The notes under the pieces: model-generated
Seen by the model: only the letters and a program-made list of their open reading frames with translations
Told to the model about the DNA's origin: nothing
Databases searched by the model: none
Part shown: piece after piece, positions 37,656 to 45,370 of the stretch
Numbering within the stretch: position 1 is the first letter of the stretch
Layout: every line of letters begins with the position of its first letter
Position numbers and translations under genes: made by a program
Source: a virus
Lineage: Duplodnaviria; Caudoviricetes
IMG/VR virus record: IMGVR_UViG_3300034072_002243
Location: 1-50,070 of that record
Length of the DNA stretch: 50,070 nucleotides
Strand: one strand, 5' to 3'

Positions 37656-38850
37656 GGGCAGCCTCCTTGACGTGATCTTTCAGAATGTCGTTGAAATCCT
37701 TGCCCTCCGGCGCCCAGGCCGAGCGGTCGGTGAGGCCGGGGCGGGCCCATCTGGCCCGGGCGCGCTGGTGGACCTGCTCGGCGGTAAACCGGTCGCTGTC
37801 GCTGTCGCCGAGGCGCAGAACCTCGGTCACATGCGGCGGCAACAGCACCGCGGTGTCGTCGTCCATGTCCGGCACCGGGCCGGGGACCATCAACGCGCGG
37901 CCCGTCTTCGTCTTCAGGGTCGGATGCGGCACGGTCGCCGCCGCCTTGCCGCCCATGTGCTGCAGCGAGATCGACACCCAGTAAGCGGTGCGGGCATAGC
38001 GCTCCGGCGCACCGCGCATCTCGGACAGCATCACCGACAGGGTCGTCTCCCAGCCCTCGCCGATCACGATCCGGTCAAAGATGCGCGGCTGGTGCAGCAC
38101 TATGACACTGCGGCGCTTCGAGCCCCTGATCTTGCGCGAGGGCAGCGCCTCGCCGCTTTCGGGGCAGGTCACGCGCATCTTGTTGCCCGGCTTGAACGGG
38201 TCGATCCAGGTGATGTGCACGCCCTGGACGGCATCGGGCCCGAGGATCGGCAGGATCAGCGCCGGGCCGGAGAACAGCACATAAGGCGCGTCCTTTCCGG
38301 CCTCGTCCTTGCGGGCATGCCAGTATTTCATATGGGCGACGAAGCGCAGCGGCAGGGCCACCGGGCACGGCAGCAACCCGCGCCCGCGCATGTAGTCCGC
38401 GCCTTCCGTGCCGCGCACAGGGCCACCGAGGCTGAGGATCTCGCGCGCCTTGCGGATCTCCTTGGCCCGTTCCTGCTCCGCATAGCGCTGCTGCTCGGCG
38501 CGCCTGGCCTCGCGCTTGCGTTCCTCTGCCGCCAGCTCCTCCGGCGAGGGCGGTGGCGCATCGAGCCGCCCGCCCAGCTTCTCGACGGCCTCGTGAAACG
38601 ACAGCCCGTCGAGATCCATGACAAAGCGGATATGGTCGCCGGAGGCGCCGCAACCGAAGCACTTGTAAACGCCCTTGGCGTCGTCGACATGGAAGCTCGG
38701 GCTTGTTTCCGGGTGGAACGGGCAGCAGGCCCAGAAGTCCCGCCGGCCAACGTTGGTCTTGGCCCGGTCCCAGGTGACGCGCCGGCCAACGAGATCGGAC
38801 AGGGGCTGGTCCTTGATGCGGTCGATCTCGCGCGGGGAGACGGACTTCAT
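37648..38850 (-). CDS. DNA primase with CHC2 zinc finger and Toprim-like domain
   Basis: CCPFHPETSPSF..YKCFGCGASGD; IGEGWETTLS; LGDSDSD. Confidence 0.9.
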   Translation of the reverse strand: MKSVSPREIDRIKDQPLSDLVGRRVTWDRAKTNVGRRDFWACCPFHPETSPSFHVDDAKGVYKCFGCGASGDHIRFVMDLDGLSFHEAVEKLGGRLDAPPPSPEELAAEERKREARRAEQQRYAEQERAKEIRKAREILSLGGPVRGTEGADYMRGRGLLPCPVALPLRFVAHMKYWHARKDEAGKDAPYVLFSGPALILPILGPDAVQGVHITWIDPFKPGNKMRVTCPESGEALPSRKIRGSKRRSVIVLHQPRIFDRIVIGEGWETTLSVMLSEMRGAPERYARTAYWVSISLQHMGGKAAATVPHPTLKTKTGRALMVPGPVPDMDDDTAVLLPPHVTEVLRLGDSDSDRFTAEQVHQRARARWARPGLTDRSAWAPEGKDFNDILKDHVKEAAHG

Positions 38851-40445
38851 GCCGCCACCTCGCATATTTCCGTGCCCGATTTTTGTGTATCGAATACACA
38901 TTTCACACTTGCGCGCGCGGGAAATCGTGTGTATAAAATACACATCGAAACGGAGAGAGCGAGGTGCGAAGCAGCGAAGTCATCCGGAAGATCGAGGCGG
39001 CAGGTTGGAGAGAGGTTCGCGTCAAAGGCTCCCATCACCACTTTCGCCACGACACCCGGCCCGGGACGGTCACCGTCCCCCACCCCAAGGCGGACATCCC
39101 GAAAGGAACGCTCGCCAACATCGAAAAGCAAAGCGGTGTCCGCCTCCGGTAGGCGGGCACCCAGCCCCGGATGACCCGCTTGCCGCACCTTGAGACAGGA
39201 CAAGAGACCATGAAGACCCAGTACATCGCCGTCGTGCACCAGGACGCCCCGGAAGGCGTCTTCGGCGTCAGCTTCCCGCATGTTCCGGGCTGCGTTGCCG
39301 TTGGCGACAGCCTCGACGAGGCCCTCGCCAATGCGGCGGAAGCCCTCACCAGCCATCTGCAGGTCTGCCTTGATTTCGGCGACCCAGTGCCCGCACCGCA
39401 GGGCAGCGTCACCCGCGCGGATATCGATCCGGAGGGCTTCGTCCTGCTGACCCATGTCGAGGTCGAGCGTCCGGCCGTGGTCAAGCGCATCAACATCAGC
39501 ATGGCTGAAGATCTGCTCGCCAGCATCGACGCCGCCGCCAGCGCGCGCGGCCTCACCCGCAGCGCCTATCTGGCCGAAGGCGCAAGGCGGCTGATGCAGG
39601 AGGGCTAAGCCCCTCCCCTCGCCGGGTGCAGCGGAATCATGCACAGTGACACGCAGAACCGCAGTCTTGCCACCGGAGGCAGCATGACGAAACTGAGCGA
39701 CCATAAAGTCGCCGCCGCTGCCCTGTGCGCGGGCTCCGTGCTCATCGGCCTGTGCATCGGCGGCATGGTAACGAACTGGGACAAGGCTGCCGAGTGGATG
39801 AGCGCAACGGGCGCATGGTTTACAACGCTCGTTGCTGTCGTGTCCGTCGTATTCATTTATCGGGAATTCAGGGCAACACAGGACGACGGAGTAAAACGCG
39901 ACATCGTTACGATAACCAACGCCCGCCATTTTCCGCGCCGAATCCGGACAGAGATGCGAGCCTATCTCACCGCCTTGGATCGACCGTTTACCGAGATCAA
40001 GCAACTGATTGAAGGCGCACAAATCGGATATCGAGACCTTTGCAATCTCGCTCCGTTGCACTTGCCACCCAATCCGCTGGCGGATGATCTCAGGCTGGCC
40101 ACAGCAGGTCAGGCACTTGCCGAGCGGTTGGTCGGTCCTCATAAGGGCTGTCAAACACTTGCCGAACGACTGAGCGCGGTTACAAAAATCGAAGCATCTG
40201 ACCCACAAGGGAAGAAGCGCGCGATCATCGCATGTCAGAGGTCCTTCAAACGGAAAGAAGCCCTGCTCGAAGATGCTCGCATAGAGGTGCGCGCTCTGAT
40301 CGAAACCGCAACATGCTACATTGCCGCTCTTGACGAGGCAGAACAGCGGCTCACGGCCCAACTCGCCGGGTACAAACTGAAACGCGCTGAATAGCGCACT
40401 GATCGCCACATCAATTGGCGCGAAGTCGCTCAAAAGATCACGCAT
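38847..40445 (-). CDS. Candidate antisense 'bridge' ORF (532 aa) spanning hicAB and the next gene
   Basis: GGAGG RBS; ATGCGTGA overlap with the upstream methylase stop and ATGA overlap with the primase start; protein looks like shadow sequence. Confidence 0.4.
   Translation of the reverse strand: MRDLLSDFAPIDVAISALFSAFQFVPGELGREPLFCLVKSGNVACCGFDQSAHLYASIFEQGFFPFEGPLTCDDRALLPLWVRCFDFCNRAQSFGKCLTALMRTDQPLGKCLTCCGQPEIIRQRIGWQVQRSEIAKVSISDLCAFNQLLDLGKRSIQGGEIGSHLCPDSARKMAGVGYRNDVAFYSVVLCCPEFPINEYDGHDSNERCKPCARCAHPLGSLVPVRYHAADAQADEHGARAQGSGGDFMVAQFRHAASGGKTAVLRVTVHDSAAPGEGRGLALLHQPPCAFGQIGAAGEAARAGGGVDAGEQIFSHADVDALDHGRTLDLDMGQQDEALRIDIRAGDAALRCGHWVAEIKADLQMAGEGFRRIGEGLVEAVANGNAARNMREADAEDAFRGVLVHDGDVLGLHGLLSCLKVRQAGHPGLGARLPEADTALLFDVGERSFRDVRLGVGDGDRPGPGVVAKVVMGAFDANLSPTCRLDLPDDFAASHLALSVSMCILYTRFPARASVKCVFDTQKSGTEICEVAA
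38884..38944 (+). promoter_or_regulatory. hicAB promoter with two palindromic operators
   Basis: TGTGTAT-CGA-ATACACA (38884-38900) and TGTGTAT-AAA-ATACACA (38928-38944); TTGCGC-N17-TATAAA. Confidence 0.8.
38964..39152 (+). CDS. hicA: HicA family toxin (mRNA interferase)
   Basis: GWREVRVKGSHHHFRH..VTVPHPKADIPKGTL. Confidence 0.95.
   Translation: MRSSEVIRKIEAAGWREVRVKGSHHHFRHDTRPGTVTVPHPKADIPKGTLANIEKQSGVRLR
39210..39608 (+). CDS. hicB: HicB family antitoxin with C-terminal RHH
   Basis: FGVSFPHVPGCVAVGDSLDEA..KRINISM..TRSAYLA. Confidence 0.95.
   Translation: MKTQYIAVVHQDAPEGVFGVSFPHVPGCVAVGDSLDEALANAAEALTSHLQVCLDFGDPVPAPQGSVTRADIDPEGFVLLTHVEVERPAVVKRINISMAEDLLASIDAAASARGLTRSAYLAEGARRLMQEG
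39684..40394 (+). CDS. Membrane-anchored hypothetical protein (moron)
   Basis: GGAGG RBS; two N-terminal hydrophobic helices then a helical domain; lower GC. Confidence 0.7.
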   Translation: MTKLSDHKVAAAALCAGSVLIGLCIGGMVTNWDKAAEWMSATGAWFTTLVAVVSVVFIYREFRATQDDGVKRDIVTITNARHFPRRIRTEMRAYLTALDRPFTEIKQLIEGAQIGYRDLCNLAPLHLPPNPLADDLRLATAGQALAERLVGPHKGCQTLAERLSAVTKIEASDPQGKKRAIIACQRSFKRKEALLEDARIEVRALIETATCYIAALDEAEQRLTAQLAGYKLKRAE

Positions 40446-41178
40446 CCCCAGCCTCCCCAAACAAGGGCCCGGCGTCTGCGGCAGGGCTCACGCTGCGGGC
40501 AAGGGCAAGGTCGCTGAGGCGGCTGTGCCGCTGCGGGGCGCCGGGCGGGATCCACACCGGCGGACGCGGGGCCGCGCCATCAAGGCGCCAGACCACCCAG
40601 CAATAGGCTGTTGCCGTGCTCGCGTCCGGGTCCCAGCCGCCGCGCACCAGCGGCACGCGGTCACAGAAGATGCCGATGACATGCGGCGGCCGGGGCAGGA
40701 ACAGCTCGCGCCCGCGCTGGATCGTCTCCAGCCAGCGCAGCTGGACGAAGACGGCGATGCCCACGCGCGGGGCCAGCTCAAAGGCGCGCTCGACAAACTT
40801 CTGTGGCAACTCGCCATAAGGCGGATTGGTGATGATCCAGTCATGACCGCAAGGCGCGGCCTCGGCCTCCGGCAGCGGGCGCAGGAAGTCCCATTCCGGC
40901 CCGGTCAGGCCGAAGCCCCGGTCATAGAGATCGCTCGCCAGCACCTGCCCGAAATACTCGGCCAGCGGCACGGCCATGTGCCCGGCGCCGCAAGCCGGCT
41001 CCCACACGCTCCACGCCTGACGCTCGCCAATGCCCAGCACATCGACGCAGAGCGCCCGGGTGGCCCAGGGCGGCGTGGCGTAATAGTCGCCCAGCCCCTT
41101 CGGCTCGACGCGCGAGGCCATGACGGCGCGGGCATTGGCAACGCGCGGACCAGTGGCGGGCGCACCTGCCTCACGCAT
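40438..41178 (-). CDS. Orphan amino-(N6A/N4C) DNA methyltransferase
   Basis: DYYATPPW, WEPACGAGHM (SAM-binding) and IITNPPY (catalytic). Confidence 0.85.
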   Translation of the reverse strand: MREAGAPATGPRVANARAVMASRVEPKGLGDYYATPPWATRALCVDVLGIGERQAWSVWEPACGAGHMAVPLAEYFGQVLASDLYDRGFGLTGPEWDFLRPLPEAEAAPCGHDWIITNPPYGELPQKFVERAFELAPRVGIAVFVQLRWLETIQRGRELFLPRPPHVIGIFCDRVPLVRGGWDPDASTATAYCWVVWRLDGAAPRPPVWIPPGAPQRHSRLSDLALARSVSPAADAGPLFGEAGDA

Positions 41179-41560
41179 GACCGGCCCTCGCGCGCTTGCC
41201 CGCCCGGCTGGCCGATTGCAATTGTCTTGCTCTTTCAACAGGTTTCACACCCTGTAGTCTGTGAAACACCCTGTATTCGCCCTCATCGCCGCAACTGGGC
41301 GCGGTCAGGTGGGCTGGCTCCTGCTCCCGCAGAAGCTCGAACGGGTTAAGGTCCGCCCAGATGCACAGGAGCAGCAGCGGGCCGGTGGTGATCTCGATGC
41401 CGACACAGGCCCGGCTGACGGACGCGCGCGAGATCCGCGTCTGGTCCTGCACCTGTTGCAAGGTCACGCCGCGCGCCGCGATGACGGCCTTCAGCGCCAG
41501 CCCGAGCCGCCGGTAATCGAGGACAGCGCCTTTGAGGAGATGGGCATAGTCAGTGTTCAT
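41171..41560 (-). CDS. XRE-like HTH protein
   Basis: GVTLQQVQDQTRISRASVSRA. Confidence 0.65.
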   Translation of the reverse strand: MNTDYAHLLKGAVLDYRRLGLALKAVIAARGVTLQQVQDQTRISRASVSRACVGIEITTGPLLLLCIWADLNPFELLREQEPAHLTAPSCGDEGEYRVFHRLQGVKPVERARQLQSASRAGKRARAGHA

Positions 41561-41844
41561 GCCGCCGCCCTCCCCGCGTCCTGCCCGGCGGCAGCCCTGA
41601 CAGCCTCCGCCTCGCCGCCGAGGGCCACGAGCGAGACGTCGTTCCAGCGGGCCAGCGCCACCTGCGATGAGGCAGAGACCAACGCCGACCCGCCGCGCAG
41701 GACGGCGTTGACCTCCGCCACGGTGACGCCGGCTTCCGCCGCCACCTGGCGCGGGGTCATCCGGCGGTGGATCTTCAGGGCCATGGTGAACAGCCGCAGC
41801 AGATGCGGCACGCGATATCCGGGACGAGTGTCAGACGTGCTCAT
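41557..41844 (-). CDS. HTH protein
   Basis: MTPRQVAAEAGVTVAEVNAVLRG; ATGA-coupled. Confidence 0.6.
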   Translation of the reverse strand: MSTSDTRPGYRVPHLLRLFTMALKIHRRMTPRQVAAEAGVTVAEVNAVLRGGSALVSASSQVALARWNDVSLVALGGEAEAVRAAAGQDAGRAAA

Positions 41845-42647
41845 GCGGTCCTCCGGATGTTGATCTCGCCCCGGCGCAGGGGCATTGCGCGGGGCTGCAT
41901 TTCGGCCTTCAGTGCGGCGGCGGTGGTGTAGACGCGCAGGGCGTGGCAGGCGCAGTAGGAGCCGCGCGACACCGGCGCGCCGCAGAACAGGCTGGCAATG
42001 CCGCGTGGGTCATGGCTGACCGGATAGCGGCAGGACCGGGGTGCCAGATCGAGCAGCGGCACGGGCCGGGCCTCCTCGGGCAGCAGCTCCGGTGCAGGCC
42101 GCGCCGGAGCCTCCGGGGCGGTGACCGGTGCGGCAACGGCCTCGGTCTCGGCGGACGCGTCAGCCACGGGCGCAACCAGCGTCAGCCCGGGCTTTGCGGC
42201 GCGCGCGCGGGCGCTGATCTTCTCGGGCGCGCGGCGCGGATCGGACGCGTGAAGCCGGATCTTGGCGCGGGAGACGACGCCGATCACCGCGCCGCGCGAC
42301 ACGCGGCCATGCTTTAGGCTCAGCTGCCCGGCGATCTGGCCGGCGCTGAGGCCTTGCGCGGCCAGCTTGCGGACGGCAGCGGTCTTTGCCTCCGGCGGCA
42401 GCAACCGCCAGGTGAGCTCGTCGACGGCCACCTCAGGCAGCGCATCTTCCGGCACTGTCCAGCCGTTCTTGCCACGCGCCACGGCGATGCCGCCGCGCTG
42501 GCAGAGGCCGATGACCGAGCGCCGGTTGATCTCGCCATAGGTTTTCGACAGAACGGCCACCATGCCGGAATAGCTGAGGCCTTGGCTGGCAAGCGGGCGC
42601 AGCAGGGCCTGCCGCTCGGCGGTGCTGAGATCGAGCCAGGCGGTCAT
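41841..42647 (-). CDS. GcrA-like regulator with a duplicated N-terminal HTH domain
   Basis: Two QGLS..R..VIG repeats; C-terminal LLDLAPRSCRYPV..FCG..SYCACH. Confidence 0.85.
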   Translation of the reverse strand: MTAWLDLSTAERQALLRPLASQGLSYSGMVAVLSKTYGEINRRSVIGLCQRGGIAVARGKNGWTVPEDALPEVAVDELTWRLLPPEAKTAAVRKLAAQGLSAGQIAGQLSLKHGRVSRGAVIGVVSRAKIRLHASDPRRAPEKISARARAAKPGLTLVAPVADASAETEAVAAPVTAPEAPARPAPELLPEEARPVPLLDLAPRSCRYPVSHDPRGIASLFCGAPVSRGSYCACHALRVYTTAAALKAEMQPRAMPLRRGEINIRRTA

Positions 42648-43186
42648 CAGCGGCCCCCATCCACGAGATGCAGCGGGCGCTTGATCTTTGCGACCTCCTG
42701 TCGAAGCTCAGTCAGCGTTTGGTCGAGGGTGCCAAGCGCCCGGTCGGCCAGCTCCGCCTCGGTCGGCGTGATCACCATGTCTTCGGTGCCCCGGGCCACG
42801 GTGGTCATCACCTCGCCAAAGGCGCGCATCAGCTTGGCATGGGCGGCGTAGAACCCGGCTGTCGTCGCCTCCCCGTCCGTCTCGGGCTCGGCGATGCGCC
42901 GGCCATTGACCTCGGCCATCACCGCCGTCACCAGCGCCAGCCCGCATTCGGATTCCAGCACCAGCGCCGCCGGGATCGAGATCGTGTCGGCATGGGCAGG
43001 CGAGGTCAGGCGCTGCATCTGCGAGGTGGACAGGCCGCATTTCTTGCCGGCGCGCTCAAGCCCGCCGCACAGCTTCACCAGGTCGCGCGTTGCGCCCTTC
43101 ACCCGATGGAACCACTCGTCGGCAATGCCGCAGGGGGTTTCGCGCGGGGTGTCACCGATGTGTTTGCCGATAAATTTGGAAGACAT
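42647..43186 (-). CDS. CII-like phage regulatory protein
   Basis: KGATRDLVKLCGGLERAG..ALVLESECG..ITPTEA; position downstream of cro. Confidence 0.6.
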   Translation of the reverse strand: MSSKFIGKHIGDTPRETPCGIADEWFHRVKGATRDLVKLCGGLERAGKKCGLSTSQMQRLTSPAHADTISIPAALVLESECGLALVTAVMAEVNGRRIAEPETDGEATTAGFYAAHAKLMRAFGEVMTTVARGTEDMVITPTEAELADRALGTLDQTLTELRQEVAKIKRPLHLVDGGR

Positions 43187-43252
43187 CACGTTGCTCCCTT
43201 GAAAGGGCTTGGTGGACCGGACCCGGCCGCGCCGGGCAAAAGGCAAAAGGGT

Positions 43253-43291
43253 CCCATAAGGGGAAAAGCTTGGTGCTTTTCCCCTTATGGG
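43253..43291. repeat. Perfect 17-bp inverted repeat
   Basis: CCCATAAGGGGAAAAGC-TTGGT-GCTTTTCCCCTTATGGG. Confidence 0.9.
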
Positions 43292-43312
43292 AAAACAGGC
43301 GGACTGCGAGGA

Positions 43313-43489
43313 TCAGCTCATCGGAACAACCCGGCCGGGCGGCCACAGGCGATGATGCACCGGCCCCCACCGCGAAACGACGAGGACGAGACGATGAGCA
43401 ACGCGAGGAACAACACCCCGGCCCGGCAACGCCTGCGCGCCGCCATGGGCCGCCTGGCGCTGGCCGAGGCGGTGCAGGATACGGTTCAT
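43313..43489 (-). CDS. Small ORF (58 aa) starting in direct repeat copy 1
   Basis: Hand translation MNRILHRLGQRQAAHGG...; GAGG RBS and ATGA overlap. Confidence 0.4.
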   Translation of the reverse strand: MNRILHRLGQRQAAHGGAQALPGRGVVPRVAHRLVLVVSRWGPVHHRLWPPGRVVPMS

Positions 43490-43500
43490 GGGACGACCTC
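43428..43500. repeat. 73-bp direct repeat, copy 1
   Basis: 71/73 identical to 44166-44238. Confidence 0.95.
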
Positions 43501-43788
43501 GCTTGTCGCGCCCTCCGGCGACAGCGGGCCCGCGCCAAAGCGGGCCGCTGCCGCGCGGGCTTCCGCCGCGCCGGAAAGGCCTGCCTGCGCGGCCAGCGCA
43601 CCCGCCGCCAGCCCCATGGCCAGCCCGGTTTCGAAGCCGGTTGCCGAAGGCGGCATCAGCTCCCGGACCATGAACGGATCTCCGCTCTGGATCGCTGCCT
43701 GCGCGGCTTCCGCCGCCATGCGGCGCGGGTCGGACCAGGGCAGCCGGTCACAACCCGACAGTTGTAAAAGCGACTGGATTTCACGCAT
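43486..43788 (-). CDS. Hypothetical protein (100 aa)
   Basis: GGAG RBS; MREIQSLL...EVVP; coupled at both ends. Confidence 0.55.
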   Translation of the reverse strand: MREIQSLLQLSGCDRLPWSDPRRMAAEAAQAAIQSGDPFMVRELMPPSATGFETGLAMGLAAGALAAQAGLSGAAEARAAAARFGAGPLSPEGATSEVVP

Positions 43789-44227
43789 GCTGCACGCTCC
43801 CGAACATGGAGGTCCCGAAATGGCTGGAATTGACAGACACACAGGCAAGGTGATCGGCCGGGCTGAATCGATCCGGCAGAGCATCGACATCATCCTGCGC
43901 ACCCCACAGGGCACCCGCGTCATGCGGCGGGAGTTTGGCCTTGCCTGCCTCCACGAGGACGGAACGCCGCGGTCCGGGCTGGTCGGCAGCGTGGTTGCCG
44001 AGGAAGCCAGACAGGCCCTTGAGACCTGGGAACCGCGATGCAGCTTCCTCGCAGTTTCGGCCCTGCTCGACGCCACAGATGAGCTGATCGCCATCAACGT
44101 CACGTACCGCGACACAGAAGCCGCCGACGCGGAGCCACAGACCACCCAGGTCCTGTTCCGCAAGTAACGCCTGCGCGCCGCCATGGGCCGCCTGGCGCTG
44201 GCCGAGGCGGTGCAGGACAAGGTTCAT
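43781..44227 (-). CDS. Candidate antisense 'bridge' ORF over the gp25 paralogue
   Basis: ATGA overlap with the cro stop and ATGCGTGA overlap with the next gene; in codon register with the + gene. Confidence 0.4.
   Translation of the reverse strand: MNLVLHRLGQRQAAHGGAQALLAEQDLGGLWLRVGGFCVAVRDVDGDQLICGVEQGRNCEEAASRFPGLKGLSGFLGNHAADQPGPRRSVLVEAGKAKLPPHDAGALWGAQDDVDALPDRFSPADHLACVSVNSSHFGTSMFGSVQHA
43820..44167 (+). CDS. Second GpW/gp25-family protein, outside the tail module
   Basis: GGAGGT RBS; MAGIDRHTGK..SIRQSIDIILRTPQGTRVMRREFG..ALETWEPR, aligns by eye with 23998-24390. Confidence 0.85.
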   Translation: MAGIDRHTGKVIGRAESIRQSIDIILRTPQGTRVMRREFGLACLHEDGTPRSGLVGSVVAEEARQALETWEPRCSFLAVSALLDATDELIAINVTYRDTEAADAEPQTTQVLFRK

Positions 44228-44238
44228 GGGACGACCTC
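44166..44238. repeat. 73-bp direct repeat, copy 2
   Basis: See copy 1; includes the end of cro and the next RBS/ATG. Confidence 0.95.
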
Positions 44239-44514
44239 CGCGATGGAAGGTTCCGGCGCGGAGCCCGCTGCCACGGATGAACCTTGCATTCGAGGCCGGG
44301 AGACGCCTTCAGGCCAATGAGTGGCCTCGGGCCAATGATCGGCAAACCAGCGAACGGCGTTGTCAAAGCGGATGTCGGTGATCGCGCCGCCCGCCCGCAG
44401 ACGATGGGCAGTGTTCGTCGTTCCGGTTGCCCGCTTTGAAGCGGTCGTGACCGGAACCCCGACCGCATCGGCATAGCTCTGCATCAGCAGGAGCAACTGT
44501 TCTCCTAAGCGCAT
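44224..44514 (-). CDS. Cro-like protein
   Basis: 96 aa divergent from the repressor; RLRAGG..WFADHWPE..WPEGVSRP. Confidence 0.75.
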   Translation of the reverse strand: MRLGEQLLLLMQSYADAVGVPVTTASKRATGTTNTAHRLRAGGAITDIRFDNAVRWFADHWPEATHWPEGVSRPRMQGSSVAAGSAPEPSIAEVVP

Positions 44515-44539
44515 AGGACCCTCACAGGTGTTTGCGCCA

Positions 44540-44600
44540 TTAAGGGAACATATGGACCCATATGTCAAATCATTTGTTCCCCTCGCCTGTACCCGTAAAC
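44540..44600. promoter_or_regulatory. OR-like operator/promoter region
   Basis: GGGAAC-ATAT-GGACCC (44544-44559), half-site GTTCCC at 44576-44581, minus-strand TTGACA at 44568-44563. Confidence 0.65.
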
Positions 44601-44618
44601 ATTTGTCAGGCTGCGACC

Positions 44619-45359
44619 ATGAGCGAAGATTGGATTTCCATTGTCGAACGCGAGGCGGAAGCACGCGGCATGACCCTGCAGGCGTTGGCCCGCAAAGCCG
44701 GCCTCAATCGGGCTTATTTCCGCATTGTGCGCCAGCGGCCAACCCCGTTTCCGCGCGGCGACACGCTGCTGCGGATATCGGAGGCGCTCGGAGTGAACAT
44801 CACGACCCTCTTGAAGAGCGCTCTTGAGGAAAAAACGTCAGCGCCTAGGCCCGAGACACAAAGGCCAGAGCGAGCACAGCCAACAATGACCCTCGTTCCA
44901 GAACTCAATGTGAAGGTTGGCGCGGGCGGTGGCGGCGTACCATCCCTGCTCATGGAAAACGGCTATGAGTCACAGGATGAGACCGAGGCCTTTCGCGAGC
45001 GGTGGGGCTTGCCGGACAGCTACCTCAGAAACGAAGCCAGGGTCGCATCGGAAGCCGCCTTCATCATGGAGGTCATGGGTGATTCCATGATCGACCCGAC
45101 ACAGCCGATGTCACCGGGTAGCTTCCTGCCAGGGGATCGGGTGATCATCGACACAAACGACCGCATCCCGTCGCCTCCCGGCCCCTTCGTCGTTTGGGAT
45201 GGCTACAGCATGGTGCTGAAGATGGTTGAGATCATCCATGGAACGGACCCTGTCCGGATCCGGCTTTCGTCGAAAAACCCAGCCTATCTGCCCTATGAGG
45301 TGCTGATCGAGGAAGCCAACATAGCCGGGCGCGTAAGAGGGCGAATCACGATTTTCTAA
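44619..45359 (+). CDS. CI-like repressor (HTH plus S24 peptidase)
   Basis: MTLQALARKAGLNR HTH; GAG cleavage region; VMGDSM and LKMVE catalytic motifs. Confidence 0.92.
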   Translation: MSEDWISIVEREAEARGMTLQALARKAGLNRAYFRIVRQRPTPFPRGDTLLRISEALGVNITTLLKSALEEKTSAPRPETQRPERAQPTMTLVPELNVKVGAGGGGVPSLLMENGYESQDETEAFRERWGLPDSYLRNEARVASEAAFIMEVMGDSMIDPTQPMSPGSFLPGDRVIIDTNDRIPSPPGPFVVWDGYSMVLKMVEIIHGTDPVRIRLSSKNPAYLPYEVLIEEANIAGRVRGRITIF

Positions 45360-45370
45360 GCGGCATTATT

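Noticed and set aside
40250-40258. Self-target of guide unit 1 (ACGGAAAGA is the reverse complement of spacer A1)
   Set aside because: Only one 9-mer matches and the adjacent bases do not match spacer B1 in a targeting arrangement; single 9-mer hits are expected by chance in 50 kb. The same applies to hits of B2 near 3504 and B3 near 32272.
42668-44167. 499-aa + strand ORF as a single gene
   Set aside because: The 5' part is the shadow of minus-strand genes; only the part from ATG 43820 looks like a real protein. A start at 43394 cannot be fully excluded.
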